Source of the DNA: a virus
Taxonomy: Duplodnaviria; Heunggongvirae; Uroviricota; Caudoviricetes
DNA length: 64,000 bases
Reading direction: 5' to 3' (one strand)
IMG/VR virus record: IMGVR_UViG_3300045988_150439
A program made the translations under genes and the position numbers. How positions within the stretch are numbered: position 1 is the stretch's first letter; each line of letters starts with the position of its first letter. Of the stretch, positions 17,532 to 28,259 are shown in pieces. The notes under the pieces were generated by a model. It saw nothing but the letters and a program-made list of their open reading frames with translations. It had not been told where the DNA came from and searched no databases.

Positions 17532-19640
17532 ATGTCTAAAAAACGTTCCATCAAAGAGGTTCAGGACTTCCGTGACAGTGTAAAACGAGTAGTCGCTCTC
17601 CTTTCAGGCAAAAACATCCCTGTTGCAGAACGAGGGGACGACGCTTATGTACGCTATAACGATGATGGAGAGCCAATTCTCGTAAACATCCCATCAATCC
17701 CGGATAACGCAACACCGGCATTGATGAATGCTGTGCGCGGATTTCTCGATCATGAGGTTGCTCACATTTTGTTTACCGATATTCGTGTGTCCAACAAAAT
17801 GAGAGAAAAAGGACGCGTTCCTTCCTGGTCGCTATGGAATGCCTTAGAAGACGTGTTCATCGAGCGAAAAATGGGTCAGGTCTTTAACGGAACAAGACGT
17901 AATCTGATGGCAACTCAGCGCCTTATAATCGAAAAAGTCTTTAAACCAAAGGCTTCAGAGGCTATTGCTTATTGTGGCAAAGATCAGCGCGCGCTTTTTC
18001 TAAACTTCTTTCTCTGTCCGGTTGTAAGAGCCTGGGATGGCCAAGCACCGTTCGTAGATTTCATGGATGAATATTGGCCTGTCATTGAGAAACCAATTTC
18101 ATTATTAAAAGAACATGGTATCGATGTGGCCATGCGTAACATGTCTTGCACCGAGGATTGTGTAAAGGTGGCTGCGACCATAGCTAAGATCCTCAAAGAC
18201 ACTGAAAGTGAAAGCAAAGGTAAGGAGTCAGCTCCGGGAAAAACTTCCGATCCTTCAGACGCTGACCAGACGGATGCCTCTGGAGAAAATAATGAAGATA
18301 ACGAAGATCATGAGACACCCTCAGCGTTAGATAATCACAAATCTATCAAATCAGAATCACACAGTAAGCACAAACATGATAATAACGACAGTGATGATTC
18401 AGATAATTCTGAATCATCAGAAACAATATTCAATGATACAGAAAATGATAAAGAGGTATCAGATTCTGATGCTTCTGATAACGCGGCGTCAGAATCATTA
18501 ACCGCTGACCACGAAAAAAGAAAAACGACAGAAGACGGCTCTTCAGATATTCCAACTCCGTCAAAAATGAGTCTGGAAGAGGCTTTAGAGGTGCTGGATA
18601 GCATAGAAGATGAAGTCGGAGGCATGACAGAAGATGCTCTATCCGAAACGATTAAAAGCGAGTTAACAGAAAGCTCGAAAAGCGAATACAGGCCATACAA
18701 TCGCTCATACGACTTCATCGGCTCGATTGATCAGGCAGAAGCCCATATCAAACGGCTTATTAAAACATTCTCCGATATTGATTTAGGTGGATATCCAATC
18801 AGCCGTTATCGCATCGTTCCTGAAGGCAACCAACTCTTCGACAAATATATTGAAAAGCACCTTTCGTCAGGTGTTTCGTCGACGCTGGCAAAAGACCTGG
18901 AACGTGCAATAGCAAGCAGAAACAGAGTTCAGTTTATACCTGGCCAGCGTCGGGGGCGCATTCATGGTTCAAGTATCTACAGATTAACAATGAATGATGA
19001 TCGCGTGTTTCGTAAAAAAGAAGAATCTAAAGCCGTTAACGCCTGTGTTCAACAAGTGATTGATTTATCGGGTTCAATGAGTGGCGAAACGATAAAACTA
19101 GCTCTTGCAAGTGCATATACCATCGCCGATGCACTTGATCGAATAAATGTTCCCAACATTATCACCGGCTTCACTACATTTGGCAATCATATGGCAGCAG
19201 GAGAACTTAAGGCTATCAAATATGAGTTCTCTCGCTTTGAATCTTTAATGCTACCTATCATCAAAAATTGGAATGAAAAAGCAAATTCTCGCGAAGTTCG
19301 CTCACGTATGGGGTGCGTAGGCTACACATTCCCACTTCTTAATAACGTGGATGGTGAAAGCATAGCCAGCCTTGCATCGTTATTTTCCGGTCGCTTGGAG
19401 GACAGGAAGATCATGCTTGTTCTGAGCGATGGCGAGCCGTGGGCTGTTGGGAGAGGTTTTGACGCTCATTTGCGTTCGGTTGCGAAGCAAATTGAAACGC
19501 AGACTGACATTGATTTGATGGCAATTGGCATCATGACTGACGCACCGGAGAGATTTTACTCAAATCATGCCCTGGTAACGAGCGTTGATAGTCTTGGTTC
19601 ATCTGTAGTTACTGAACTATCTCGTATCATTTTGAAGTAA
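17532..19640 (+). CDS. von Willebrand factor A domain protein (CobT-like), with acidic low-complexity linker
   Basis: 702 aa; MIDAS motif DLSGSMSG in the C-terminal vWA domain; long D/E/S-rich middle region; paired with the downstream AAA ATPase. Confidence 0.55.
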   Translation: MSKKRSIKEVQDFRDSVKRVVALLSGKNIPVAERGDDAYVRYNDDGEPILVNIPSIPDNATPALMNAVRGFLDHEVAHILFTDIRVSNKMREKGRVPSWSLWNALEDVFIERKMGQVFNGTRRNLMATQRLIIEKVFKPKASEAIAYCGKDQRALFLNFFLCPVVRAWDGQAPFVDFMDEYWPVIEKPISLLKEHGIDVAMRNMSCTEDCVKVAATIAKILKDTESESKGKESAPGKTSDPSDADQTDASGENNEDNEDHETPSALDNHKSIKSESHSKHKHDNNDSDDSDNSESSETIFNDTENDKEVSDSDASDNAASESLTADHEKRKTTEDGSSDIPTPSKMSLEEALEVLDSIEDEVGGMTEDALSETIKSELTESSKSEYRPYNRSYDFIGSIDQAEAHIKRLIKTFSDIDLGGYPISRYRIVPEGNQLFDKYIEKHLSSGVSSTLAKDLERAIASRNRVQFIPGQRRGRIHGSSIYRLTMNDDRVFRKKEESKAVNACVQQVIDLSGSMSGETIKLALASAYTIADALDRINVPNIITGFTTFGNHMAAGELKAIKYEFSRFESLMLPIIKNWNEKANSREVRSRMGCVGYTFPLLNNVDGESIASLASLFSGRLEDRKIMLVLSDGEPWAVGRGFDAHLRSVAKQIETQTDIDLMAIGIMTDAPERFYSNHALVTSVDSLGSSVVTELSRIILK

Positions 19641-19735
19641 TTAAAACAGCCTTAAAGATAAGTAACTACTTACCATAGTTAATGGTATATTTATATAAGA
19701 ACTTGAACGCTCATTAGAGAACAAAGGAAAAGCGC

Positions 19736-20971
19736 ATGACTACTACTGCACTGCAAAATGAAAAAAATCATTCTGATTACCTTGTTTGCAAGTGGTGCGG
19801 CAAATCATTTCACTATTTTAAGTCCCATGTAGCCAATGGTAATTGCGAGGGCATTCCTGAGTCAGTAAAAGATGCCGATCCTGACACCGTACTGAAAATG
19901 TACACAACGCAGTTTCCAGATGAACCAACGCTATCGAAAAAGGCACTTGATGCAATTCAAGCTAAACGTGCCGAGCAAAAAAGCGAAATGGCGAAATCTT
20001 CTGGCTTGACCAGTAGCCCAGGCTACACAGGCACAGTTGAGTACAAGACAGATCTGGTCGCAGCTCACGAACTGCTAAACGTAACGGTGGAAGAACTCGG
20101 AACAAAACGTGGGACGCCGCTCATGGTTAGCGTCAACGTCAATACGCCGTATCCAGAGTTCGTTCCAGAAGTGAAGAAGGGCTACGTATATGGCGACTTC
20201 GAACTGATCAAAGATATTTTCATGATGCTTGAACTTGGCATACCTGGCTATTTGTGGGGTCATGCAGGAACAGGCAAATCGTCATTGCCTACACAGCTAT
20301 GTGCTTTGCTCAATCGTCCGTTGATCCGTGCCCAACATACAGCATCAATGGAAGAGGCACATGTTACGGGGCAAATTCTGGCGCGTGATGGCTCTACGTA
20401 TTTCGAACCTGGCTTGCTTGCGCTCGCAATGAAGCATGGCTGGGTTTACCTCGCGGATGAATACGACTTTGCGTTTCCACAAATTCTTGGCGTGTATCAG
20501 CCAGTGCTGGAAGGTGAGGCGTTGGTCATCAAAGAGGCAACTCCAGAATGGCGTCGCATTACTCCGCATGAACGGTTTGCTTTCATTGGCACTGGCAACA
20601 CAAACGGTTCTGGTGATGAAACCGGCTTGTACCAGGGTACAAACATCCAGAACGCCGCGAACTTTTCGCGTTTTGGCATCGTTTCGAATGTGAAATACAT
20701 GAGCAAAGACGCAGAGATCAACATGTTGATAAATGCCGGTATCGTGGATGAATACGCTGAAAAGATGGTTAAGTTTGCCGGTATCGTTCGCGATGGATAC
20801 GAAGAACACCTTATCAGTCAGCCAATTGGCCCTCGTGAACTTTTGTTGTCGGCCAAGATTGGAATGATGCGAGGCGACTTTGTGACAGGTATTGAGCGTT
20901 CTTTCATTAACAAACTCCCTTCAGCTTCTGCACAAGCGGCTCGTGAAGTTGTTCAAAAAATATTTGGTTAA
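19736..20971 (+). CDS. AAA-type ATPase (CobS/MoxR-like)
   Basis: Walker A GHAGTGKSSL and Walker B-like VYLADEYD; 411 aa; immediately follows the vWA protein. Confidence 0.6.
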   Translation: MTTTALQNEKNHSDYLVCKWCGKSFHYFKSHVANGNCEGIPESVKDADPDTVLKMYTTQFPDEPTLSKKALDAIQAKRAEQKSEMAKSSGLTSSPGYTGTVEYKTDLVAAHELLNVTVEELGTKRGTPLMVSVNVNTPYPEFVPEVKKGYVYGDFELIKDIFMMLELGIPGYLWGHAGTGKSSLPTQLCALLNRPLIRAQHTASMEEAHVTGQILARDGSTYFEPGLLALAMKHGWVYLADEYDFAFPQILGVYQPVLEGEALVIKEATPEWRRITPHERFAFIGTGNTNGSGDETGLYQGTNIQNAANFSRFGIVSNVKYMSKDAEINMLINAGIVDEYAEKMVKFAGIVRDGYEEHLISQPIGPRELLLSAKIGMMRGDFVTGIERSFINKLPSASAQAAREVVQKIFG

Positions 20972-21151
20972 TCGTGCGTAAAGGATGTTTCGGCTCTCTT
21001 ATCGCTGCTTCTGAAACTGGCAAGGCTTGTCTGGGGTGTCCAGACAAGCCCGATTGTCACCAATCAGCAAAAGAAGTTGCGATTTCGATGTATGGGAAGT
21101 TCGTAGGCTTCCCCAATGACAAAATCAAAAAAACCAGAAAGGTAAAAACAC

Positions 21152-24100
21152 ATGAAGGCACTGATGGTTCGAACTGACTTCTCACTTGGGGAGTCGGCTC
21201 TAAAAGCAGAAAACGCGGTGAAGATTGCCAGAGAAGCTGGCTACACCGCTGTAATTTCAGCAGATAGCATGAATATTGCAAGTGTTATTCCACTACAACG
21301 TGCCGCTGGTGACGACATGGCGGTTATTTGTGGTGTGAAACTAAACATTGTTGATGATCCCACATACGAGCACCGGGCTAAACTTGCTAAAGAATCTATG
21401 AGATGTATGGAATCATTAGAGCGGGGACGCAACTACTCGTTTACCGCTCTAATTAAAAATGAGCAAGGATATCGCGACATCTGCGAACTAATGACGGCGG
21501 CCAACACACGAGAACAGTTCTACTTTGTACCGCGTCTCTCGCTCGAACAGTTGGTTTCTACATATGCCAAAGGCAACATCATCCTGCTTACTTCCGACAT
21601 CGGTAGCGTGTTCCAACGCAACGATTTTGCAAAAATCATAAGCACACTGATTACAGCGGGTGGAAAAGACAACTTCTATAGTGTGGTTTATCCGCACCCT
21701 ACCCCATTCTACGACCAGATTAACGTCCGGGCGATGAAAGTCGCCAGCGCACTGAAAATAGAGCCAGTAGCGTTTTATCCCGCTTATTACGAATCGATCG
21801 ACGATGCAGACATTAAAGACATTGCGCACATGGTTACGAACAACATCAAAATCGACCAGCCGCATCGTCTGCGTATCCCCCACCAGCGAGATAACGCCAT
21901 CAATGGTCGTCGCCATCTCCTTGAGGCGCTTAAAGCCTTCTCCGTTCGCATGGATGTGCCGGTAACAGCTGCAATGGCCTCAACAACGCAGGACTCCATT
22001 ATCGATGCCTGCACATGGCGCTGGCATGAATTGCCACCAGCACTGCCCAAGATGGCAGACGACGAACCTGCAACGCTGATGAAACTGGCTGTTGAAGGGC
22101 TGCGTAAACGTCTTACCACAAAAGAGTTTGGATACACACCACCTGCTTCTGAGAACAGGGTTTATGTTGAGCGGCTAAAGTACGAAATGGACACGCTGAC
22201 TCGCCTGGGATTCTGTGGTTACTTCCTGATGGTACGCGATCTGATGAATCATAGTCGTGAAACTGGCATTCCCGTTGGGCCTGGTCGTGGTTCCTCTGCC
22301 GGTTCTCTGGTGGCGTGGTGCATAGGCATAACCAACGTCGACCCAATCCGTCACGGTCTTCTGTTTGAGCGTTTCATCAACCCTGAGCGTCTCGACTTGC
22401 CGGATGCGGACTTGGACTTCAGCCAGGCACGTCGCCATGAGGTGATCGAGTATCTGAATGAACGCTACGGCGAAGATTACGTTGCAGGCATTCCGAACTT
22501 CACCTATCTGGGCGCGGCATCTGCGCTGCGTGACACTGCACGTATTTACGGTGTCGATGCTGCGGATATGGCGGTATCCAAAGAGTTCAAGAATATGGAG
22601 GACGACAGCCTGTCTCTGGAAGAGCTGCGCGAGCAACTGGCCAGCCTGGACAAATACGCCACGAAAAACCCGGAAGCGTTCAAAGCGGCGTGTAAGCTGC
22701 AAAGCCTGATGCGTGGTTTTGGTCGTCACGCTGCGGGGATGATCGTCGCTGGCGTTCCATTAGTAGAGCGCACGCCCGTCGAGCTGCGTGGCAATGCTCG
22801 ATGTATTGCGTTCGATAAACGTTACTGCGAGGCGATGGGGCTGATTAAGTTGGACGTTCTCGGTCTGGCAACACTCGATCTTCTGGATAGCGCGAAACGC
22901 TACATCAAAGAGAGCACCGGTGAAGACATCAATCTCGACGCTATCCCACTGGACGATCGCAAGGTTCTGGATGGGTTCGCTGCAGGGTACACGCAGGGCG
23001 TATTCCAGCTGGAGTCCGGCCCCATGCGTAAGCTGCTTAAAGATCTGGGCGGTGGCATCGAGCCAATGAGTTTCAAAACCGTTGTCGCAACTACCGCCCT
23101 CTTCCGACCGGGACCGATTCAATCCGGCATGTTGGATGACTATGTTTCCGTTGCGAAAGGATTTATGACGCCTACATCACTACATCCTGTCTTGGATGAA
23201 CTGACCTCTGAAACAAATGGAGTGATTCTCTATCAGGAACAAACGATGAACGCAACAAGGCTTCTTGCTGGTTTCACAATGGCTGAGGCGGATGGTGTGC
23301 GTTCAGCAATCGGTAAGAAGAACATGGAAAAGATGAGGAGCATGGGTGAGAAATTTGTCATTCAGGCTCAAGCTGGGTGGATCGACGTAGAGCTTGAAAA
23401 TGGCGCAATACAACGGATTCATCGCGCAGAACATTTTAAATGCGAGGACGGTACTCTGAGGACAGTTGAAGAGGCGTTGGAGCATGGAGTGAAGCTGCCA
23501 ATGCCAGTTGTGCGCGTTACAACGTCACATCCGGGTCTGTCTGAGACGAAGGCAAAAGAGATATGGACTGCATTTGAGAAAAACGGAGCCTATCAGTTCA
23601 ATAAATCACACTCCGTTGCTTATTCTTTAATCAGTTATCAGTCTATGTGGCTAAAGACGCACTACCCTGCTGAGTTCTTCGCAGCTGCGCTCACCATTCT
23701 GGGCGAGGATAAGCATCAGGGGCTGGTGAAGGATGCGCTGACCTATGGCATTCGCGTATTGCCACCAGACGTTAATGTGTCATCTAACCGAATTGAGATC
23801 CGCACACTCGAAGACGGCAGTCAGGCACTGTATGCGCCATTCTCTGCTGTGAAAGGCTGTTCTGAAAATGGTTGTCAGGCAATTATGCGTGCGCGTGAGA
23901 AAGTTGGTGGCAAATTCGAGTCAGTGGCACAATTCGATGAAGCGGTCGAGAAGCGTGCATGTAACAGTCGTGTACGCGAGTCGCTTCATAAAGTAGGGGC
24001 TTTTGCGTCAATTGAGCCAGGCAGTCTGCCAGCAACTGATCCTGAACGACTGCGCGACCAGGCTGAGCTGATGGGCAATCTCATCATTGACGCTGTTAAA

Positions 24101-24670
24101 GCATCACGTCCGTTCGAAATGAATCCTAAGCGTTCTGCCGAAATCAACGTACTCATGACACGTATGGCGGTTGAAATGGGCTTGGGTGAGGAGTTGATAC
24201 GCCCGACTATTGGTATTAAACCCAAAATCATGATCATTCTGGACAATGCGAACGGCAATGACGCTCGTACCGGCTACTTCATGGAGAACGGATACGACGA
24301 CTTTAAGGCAAAACTACTGACAGTTGGAGATCTGCGCATGGGCGATCTTTATGTCACGGGTGTTTGTAAGAAGGTTAAGGACAAAGAGAAAGACTATACC
24401 AAAGACGAGATAGGCCAGTTCACAGACTTTATGCGGGAAGAAATTAATCTTGTACGACCAACCTACATTTTGACGTGTGGTAGTCGTTCAACCGCACTAT
24501 TTAACAATAAGAGTAAACCATCAGATCTGATTGGTCGTAAGGAGTACTTCCCAGAGCTTGATGCAACCGTCTTCTACGGATTTAACCCGAATATCCTGTA
24601 CTTCCGACCGGAAGAAGGAGAGCGACTGGAGGCCATTCTGGCTGATATCGCGGAGACAATAAATAAGTAA
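21152..24670 (+). CDS. dnaE: DNA polymerase III alpha subunit (DnaE-like replicative polymerase)
   Basis: 1172 aa; conserved Pol III alpha core segments (GCSENGCQAI..., FNKSHSVAYSLISYQSMWLKTHYPAEFFAA); the N-terminal PHP-like region lacks the usual His cluster. Confidence 0.7.
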   Translation: MKALMVRTDFSLGESALKAENAVKIAREAGYTAVISADSMNIASVIPLQRAAGDDMAVICGVKLNIVDDPTYEHRAKLAKESMRCMESLERGRNYSFTALIKNEQGYRDICELMTAANTREQFYFVPRLSLEQLVSTYAKGNIILLTSDIGSVFQRNDFAKIISTLITAGGKDNFYSVVYPHPTPFYDQINVRAMKVASALKIEPVAFYPAYYESIDDADIKDIAHMVTNNIKIDQPHRLRIPHQRDNAINGRRHLLEALKAFSVRMDVPVTAAMASTTQDSIIDACTWRWHELPPALPKMADDEPATLMKLAVEGLRKRLTTKEFGYTPPASENRVYVERLKYEMDTLTRLGFCGYFLMVRDLMNHSRETGIPVGPGRGSSAGSLVAWCIGITNVDPIRHGLLFERFINPERLDLPDADLDFSQARRHEVIEYLNERYGEDYVAGIPNFTYLGAASALRDTARIYGVDAADMAVSKEFKNMEDDSLSLEELREQLASLDKYATKNPEAFKAACKLQSLMRGFGRHAAGMIVAGVPLVERTPVELRGNARCIAFDKRYCEAMGLIKLDVLGLATLDLLDSAKRYIKESTGEDINLDAIPLDDRKVLDGFAAGYTQGVFQLESGPMRKLLKDLGGGIEPMSFKTVVATTALFRPGPIQSGMLDDYVSVAKGFMTPTSLHPVLDELTSETNGVILYQEQTMNATRLLAGFTMAEADGVRSAIGKKNMEKMRSMGEKFVIQAQAGWIDVELENGAIQRIHRAEHFKCEDGTLRTVEEALEHGVKLPMPVVRVTTSHPGLSETKAKEIWTAFEKNGAYQFNKSHSVAYSLISYQSMWLKTHYPAEFFAAALTILGEDKHQGLVKDALTYGIRVLPPDVNVSSNRIEIRTLEDGSQALYAPFSAVKGCSENGCQAIMRAREKVGGKFESVAQFDEAVEKRACNSRVRESLHKVGAFASIEPGSLPATDPERLRDQAELMGNLIIDAVKASRPFEMNPKRSAEINVLMTRMAVEMGLGEELIRPTIGIKPKIMIILDNANGNDARTGYFMENGYDDFKAKLLTVGDLRMGDLYVTGVCKKVKDKEKDYTKDEIGQFTDFMREEINLVRPTYILTCGSRSTALFNNKSKPSDLIGRKEYFPELDATVFYGFNPNILYFRPEEGERLEAILADIAETINK

Positions 24671-24675
24671 TAAAG

Positions 24676-24700
24676 AAAACCCGCCTGTTGGCGGGTTTAT
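24676..24700 (+). terminator. Rho-independent terminator after the polymerase gene
   Basis: acccgcc-tgtt-ggcgggt hairpin followed by a T-rich tract. Confidence 0.7.
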
Positions 24701-24973
24701 AAAGAATTATGGCGCTTGTTGAGGAAGTCACTCCTCTTACGCACTTTGTTTTGCCATGCCGGCAGTTAGCTTCTGCCTTTGACTATTCATGCGGCAACCC
24801 CGCATTTCGCCACAATGGGCAATTCACTTTTATGGAATAAACTGGCCGTTGTGTCGATTTAATTAGCATGGCCTTACCATGCTAATTTATTCAACTTGTA
24901 AAATCCTACAAATCTATCCACTCAGGCTTACACCGTCTTCGTTATTGTAGAAATGAGGATCATCAGCGTTGAA

Positions 24974-25189
24974 TCAGCTTAGAGCAACGACATTTGCTGC
25001 TGCTGGGCCTTTAGCCCCATTCTCGATAGAGAATTCGACCTGCTGGCCTTCTTCCAAAGTGCGGAAATTATTACTCTGAATTGCCGAAAAATGTACAAAA
25101 ACATCTTTACTGCCATCAGCAGGAGAAATAAAGCCAAAGCCTTTATCAGAGTTAAACCATTTTACTAAACCAGTCATTTTATTAGACAT
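24974..25189 (-). CDS. CspA-family cold-shock protein (CspB/CspG/CspI-like)
   Basis: [38 protein letters not shown]... matches E. coli cold-shock proteins almost residue for residue; start taken at the internal ATG (25189) with RBS; long 5' leader upstream. Confidence 0.85.
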   Translation of the reverse strand: MSNKMTGLVKWFNSDKGFGFISPADGSKDVFVHFSAIQSNNFRTLEEGQQVEFSIENGAKGPAAANVVALS

Positions 25190-25518
25190 AGATACTACCT
25201 TCTTAATTTTGTGAGCCACATAGTGCGGCGAGAATTTGATCTGTATAGATTGGGACTTACTTAGGCACTTAAGGAGGAGACTCACGAAGAAGGGAAATCA
25301 GAAGATAACACTGAACTGAGACTGCTTTACTAAAACTGCTTACATAAGGTCTGTCTTGCAAACCAACGATGCTATTAACGCATACCCCTTCTTTTCATGC
25401 AACCTTTATTTTTCAAAGATAACTAATTTTTGTCACCATTGGTTTAGTAAACGTTAACGAACCAGACGATGCCAGACACCTTTACAGAGAACAGATGCCC
25501 GCCAATTGGCGGGCATCA

Positions 25519-26082
25519 TTATGCGCATTTCGCAATATCTTTGCGGCGTTTAATCAGTTTCTCCGCAATTTGCTCTATTTCGTTGAAATCTTTCGAGACG
25601 CTGTTTCGAAGCGCCAGATTCCATTTACTCAAAGTTCGGGCATTTTGGACAATTTGATCGCCCTCTTTAAGTCGTCCGTTATTCATGAGCCATTCAGCCA
25701 CATCAGCCCAATCCCAGAGAGGAGACTGGCCTTTTATGCGTTGTACAGGGCAAGGGAAGTCGCCGCTTCCGCGCTTACCGTCTTTGAGCAACGCCACTGC
25801 CTGGCGAGACAGGTCTGTCAGTTCCGCGATATCGCTTAAGCCCACAAGAGCCGAGTCGACGGATTCAACAATTGCACCGATACCGGCTGATTCAATATTG
25901 TCGACCGCAGATGCGATAGCTGCATCAAGTGATTGTGCTTCGCGGTCAAATTCTACATAGACGGAGTTTCCATATGCGCAAATTAGCGCATCGTCACAGC
26001 CGTTTTGGTACAGCGCGTCTTCCAGTCCTTCCGTCTCATACGATACGCCTGAGAGCGTCAGAGTGAAGTTATAAAGCGCCAT
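25519..26082 (-). CDS. hypothetical protein with probable C-terminal HTH
   Basis: 187 aa from the ATG at 26082 (aaggaaa RBS); LSDIAELTDLSRQAVALL resembles an HTH; downstream partner of the small Cys/His gene. Confidence 0.4.
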   Translation of the reverse strand: MALYNFTLTLSGVSYETEGLEDALYQNGCDDALICAYGNSVYVEFDREAQSLDAAIASAVDNIESAGIGAIVESVDSALVGLSDIAELTDLSRQAVALLKDGKRGSGDFPCPVQRIKGQSPLWDWADVAEWLMNNGRLKEGDQIVQNARTLSKWNLALRNSVSKDFNEIEQIAEKLIKRRKDIAKCA

Positions 26083-26142
26083 AGTTTTCCTTTGAAGATA
26101 GTTGGACAGTTTCTGCAAAAGGCGGCTAATGCCGCCTTGAAA

Positions 26143-26367
26143 TCATTTACAACGATCAACCATTCGTTTGATCTGTTTGGCATGGTTTTCGGGATTACCC
26201 GGAGTCGACCATACGCTCATTTGGTGAGTTTTGTGTTCACCTTCTGGATTACCGCATCGCAGTCTGCAAAAACAATGTGCAGCACCACCAGCTGCTACCC
26301 AGATCCAGCCTTTACTTAATGCATAGTCAATGGCTGCTTGAATATGCTTATTCGGATGTTGCTTCAT
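26143..26367 (-). CDS. small Cys/His-containing protein (74 aa), possible toxin-like or zinc-binding
   Basis: ggagg RBS; AHCFCRLRCGNPEGEH cluster; first gene of a two-gene minus-strand unit. Confidence 0.4.
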   Translation of the reverse strand: MKQHPNKHIQAAIDYALSKGWIWVAAGGAAHCFCRLRCGNPEGEHKTHQMSVWSTPGNPENHAKQIKRMVDRCK

Positions 26368-26621
26368 TCGCCTCCGATAATAGTATTCTATTCACAGTGT
26401 TGACATCTGTCAACGGCGACTGAATTTCATCCGTTCATGCCACACCCCCATCCATCTCATGTATGTGACCTAAAGATGGTCAGCACAGCTTACCAAAATA
26501 AGACAACTAATTATCTTCGGTGATCTCAATATTTTCCCCTGAACAAAGTTGACATGACGCCATAAACCCGTTCTCTGTTTGATATAATTGATACAGATTT
26601 TATAAGTAGGAACCTATTAGA

Positions 26622-27053
26622 GTGAACACTGATATTTTTTCTAAAATCATGGCCGATCTGGAGTTCGACCGCGACAACCTTGAGGAAGTATGGCGTAAAC
26701 AGCCACGGCTTTTAATGGAGTATGGGTCAAAACTAGCGCAGGCAGATCGAGATGTCGCAGAGGCAAAACTTAACCTTGAAGCTGTTGAAGCAAAGCTATA
26801 CGACACAGAGCGTAAGAACTTGAGTATGAACGGCATTAAGTTCAACGAGTCTGTACTGGACGCTAAGGTTAAAACAAACCCACAGTATCTGTCTAAACGG
26901 CAGAAGTTGGATGAAGCACGGCACATAGCAGACATATACAAACATGCTGTCGCCGCCTTTTCGCATCGCCGAGACATGATCGTTCAGGCGTCAAAGATGG
27001 CCATCGTTGAATTAGAGCGATTAGGCTCTGAACGCTTTATTACTCCCCGTTGA
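26622..27053 (+). CDS. hypothetical protein
   Basis: 143 aa, GTG start (alternative ATG at 26649); helical and charged. Confidence 0.4.
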   Translation: MNTDIFSKIMADLEFDRDNLEEVWRKQPRLLMEYGSKLAQADRDVAEAKLNLEAVEAKLYDTERKNLSMNGIKFNESVLDAKVKTNPQYLSKRQKLDEARHIADIYKHAVAAFSHRRDMIVQASKMAIVELERLGSERFITPR

Positions 27054-27170
27054 TTTTTGATAGATAATAAGTAAGTACTGATCTATCATTTAACAGCTCG
27101 AAAGAGCCACGAATGAACGAAAGCCCAACGCGCATAGCGCCATCGGCCAAATCACAACAAGGAGAAACAC

Positions 27171-28199
27171 ATGTCTAAGACATTACTTGATTTGCTTAAC
27201 AAAACTCGTGAAGACATTGCCGCCAAACGTGGCAACAACGTTGATCTGACTCGCTTAAAAGACGGCGTCAACTATATCCGCATCTTCCCGAATAAAGACG
27301 ACCCAAACGGTAAGTTCTTCCAGACTTTCGGTATGCACTACGTTAAGTATCAGAACGAGGAAGGTAAAGAAGCAACCAACGCTTATATTTGTGAGCAACA
27401 TACTCACGGTCGCGCTTGTCAGCTATGCGAAATGGTTATGGAAGGTCGCGCTCGTCACAAGGGTAACAAAGCAATGGAAGAACGCATCGGTCAAATGCGT
27501 GCCACTCCTCGCTACCTGGTCAACGGCATTCTTTCTGCTCGTGAGGATTTCGCAGATGCTGAGAAATGCCAGTTAATCGAGCTGCCGTCTACTGTATTCG
27601 ATGATATCTGCAAAGCAATCACCGAAGACATCGCTGATGATATCGGCAATCCACTGAGCAAAGAGGAAGGCTACGCATTCCTGATTAAACGTACTGGCTC
27701 TGGTCGCGATACCAAATATGACGTCTCGCCTAAGCGTAAAGTCTACAAAGGCGATATCGAAGATAAATTCTGGAACACCCAGCATGATCTGATCGCATAC
27801 GCAAATCAGGCTGATGAAACTCGTCTTCTGTCGACAGTTCGCACTATGGGTCGTCTGATTGGTATCGCTGCACCAACTGCCGCAGCATCTGCACCAGCAA
27901 TTTCCTCAACCGCGAAAACATCGGCTGCGGCACTACCTGGATTTGGCTCTGTCACTGGTCATACAGAAGGAGCGACGGCTGTAGCAACCGCGCACACACC
28001 GGCTTCTGAACCAACCAGTCTGGTTGATGAAGAAATCCTCCGTGCCGTTGAAACTGAATTTAAACCAGAAGCAAGTTCCGCTGCCGTTGCCGTATCAGTC
28101 AAAGAGTCTGAAGCAGTCGCAGCGACATCTGTAGCAACCGCATCTGCGACGGAAGATGAAGGTCTGGATGACCTACTGAGAGAGCTGGACTCTCTGTAA
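27171..28199 (+). CDS. single-stranded DNA-binding protein, T4 gp32-like
   Basis: YIRIFPNKDD...ICEQHTHGRACQLCE parallels the gp32 zinc-binding core; Ala/Ser/Thr-rich linker; acidic C-terminal tail EDEGLDDLLRELDSL. Confidence 0.6.
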   Translation: MSKTLLDLLNKTREDIAAKRGNNVDLTRLKDGVNYIRIFPNKDDPNGKFFQTFGMHYVKYQNEEGKEATNAYICEQHTHGRACQLCEMVMEGRARHKGNKAMEERIGQMRATPRYLVNGILSAREDFADAEKCQLIELPSTVFDDICKAITEDIADDIGNPLSKEEGYAFLIKRTGSGRDTKYDVSPKRKVYKGDIEDKFWNTQHDLIAYANQADETRLLSTVRTMGRLIGIAAPTAAASAPAISSTAKTSAAALPGFGSVTGHTEGATAVATAHTPASEPTSLVDEEILRAVETEFKPEASSAAVAVSVKESEAVAATSVATASATEDEGLDDLLRELDSL

Positions 28200-28216
28200 T
28201 CCCATTACGTGACCAG

Positions 28217-28246
28217 TAAGGCGTCTACGGACGCCTTACTTTTTGG
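28217..28246 (+). terminator. Rho-independent terminator after the SSB gene
   Basis: taaggcgtc-tacg-gacgcctta hairpin followed by cttttt. Confidence 0.65.
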
Positions 28247-28259
28247 AAGGAATGTACCG

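Noticed and set aside
18335-18718. Minus-strand ORF (127 aa) within the acidic linker of the vWA gene
   Set aside because: Antisense translation of a low-complexity repeat region.
20974-21177. Plus-strand ORF (67 aa) between the AAA ATPase and polymerase genes
   Set aside because: GTG start without convincing RBS; contains a terminator-like hairpin (21017-21045) and overlaps the polymerase start.
21488-23122. Series of minus-strand ORFs (116-184 aa) inside the Pol III alpha gene
   Set aside because: Antisense to a 1172-aa gene with conserved polymerase segments; GC-rich shadow ORFs.
28209-28259. N-terminal extension of the flap endonuclease ORF
   Set aside because: The extension reads through the SSB terminator hairpin (28217-28246); an in-frame GTG with RBS follows the hairpin.
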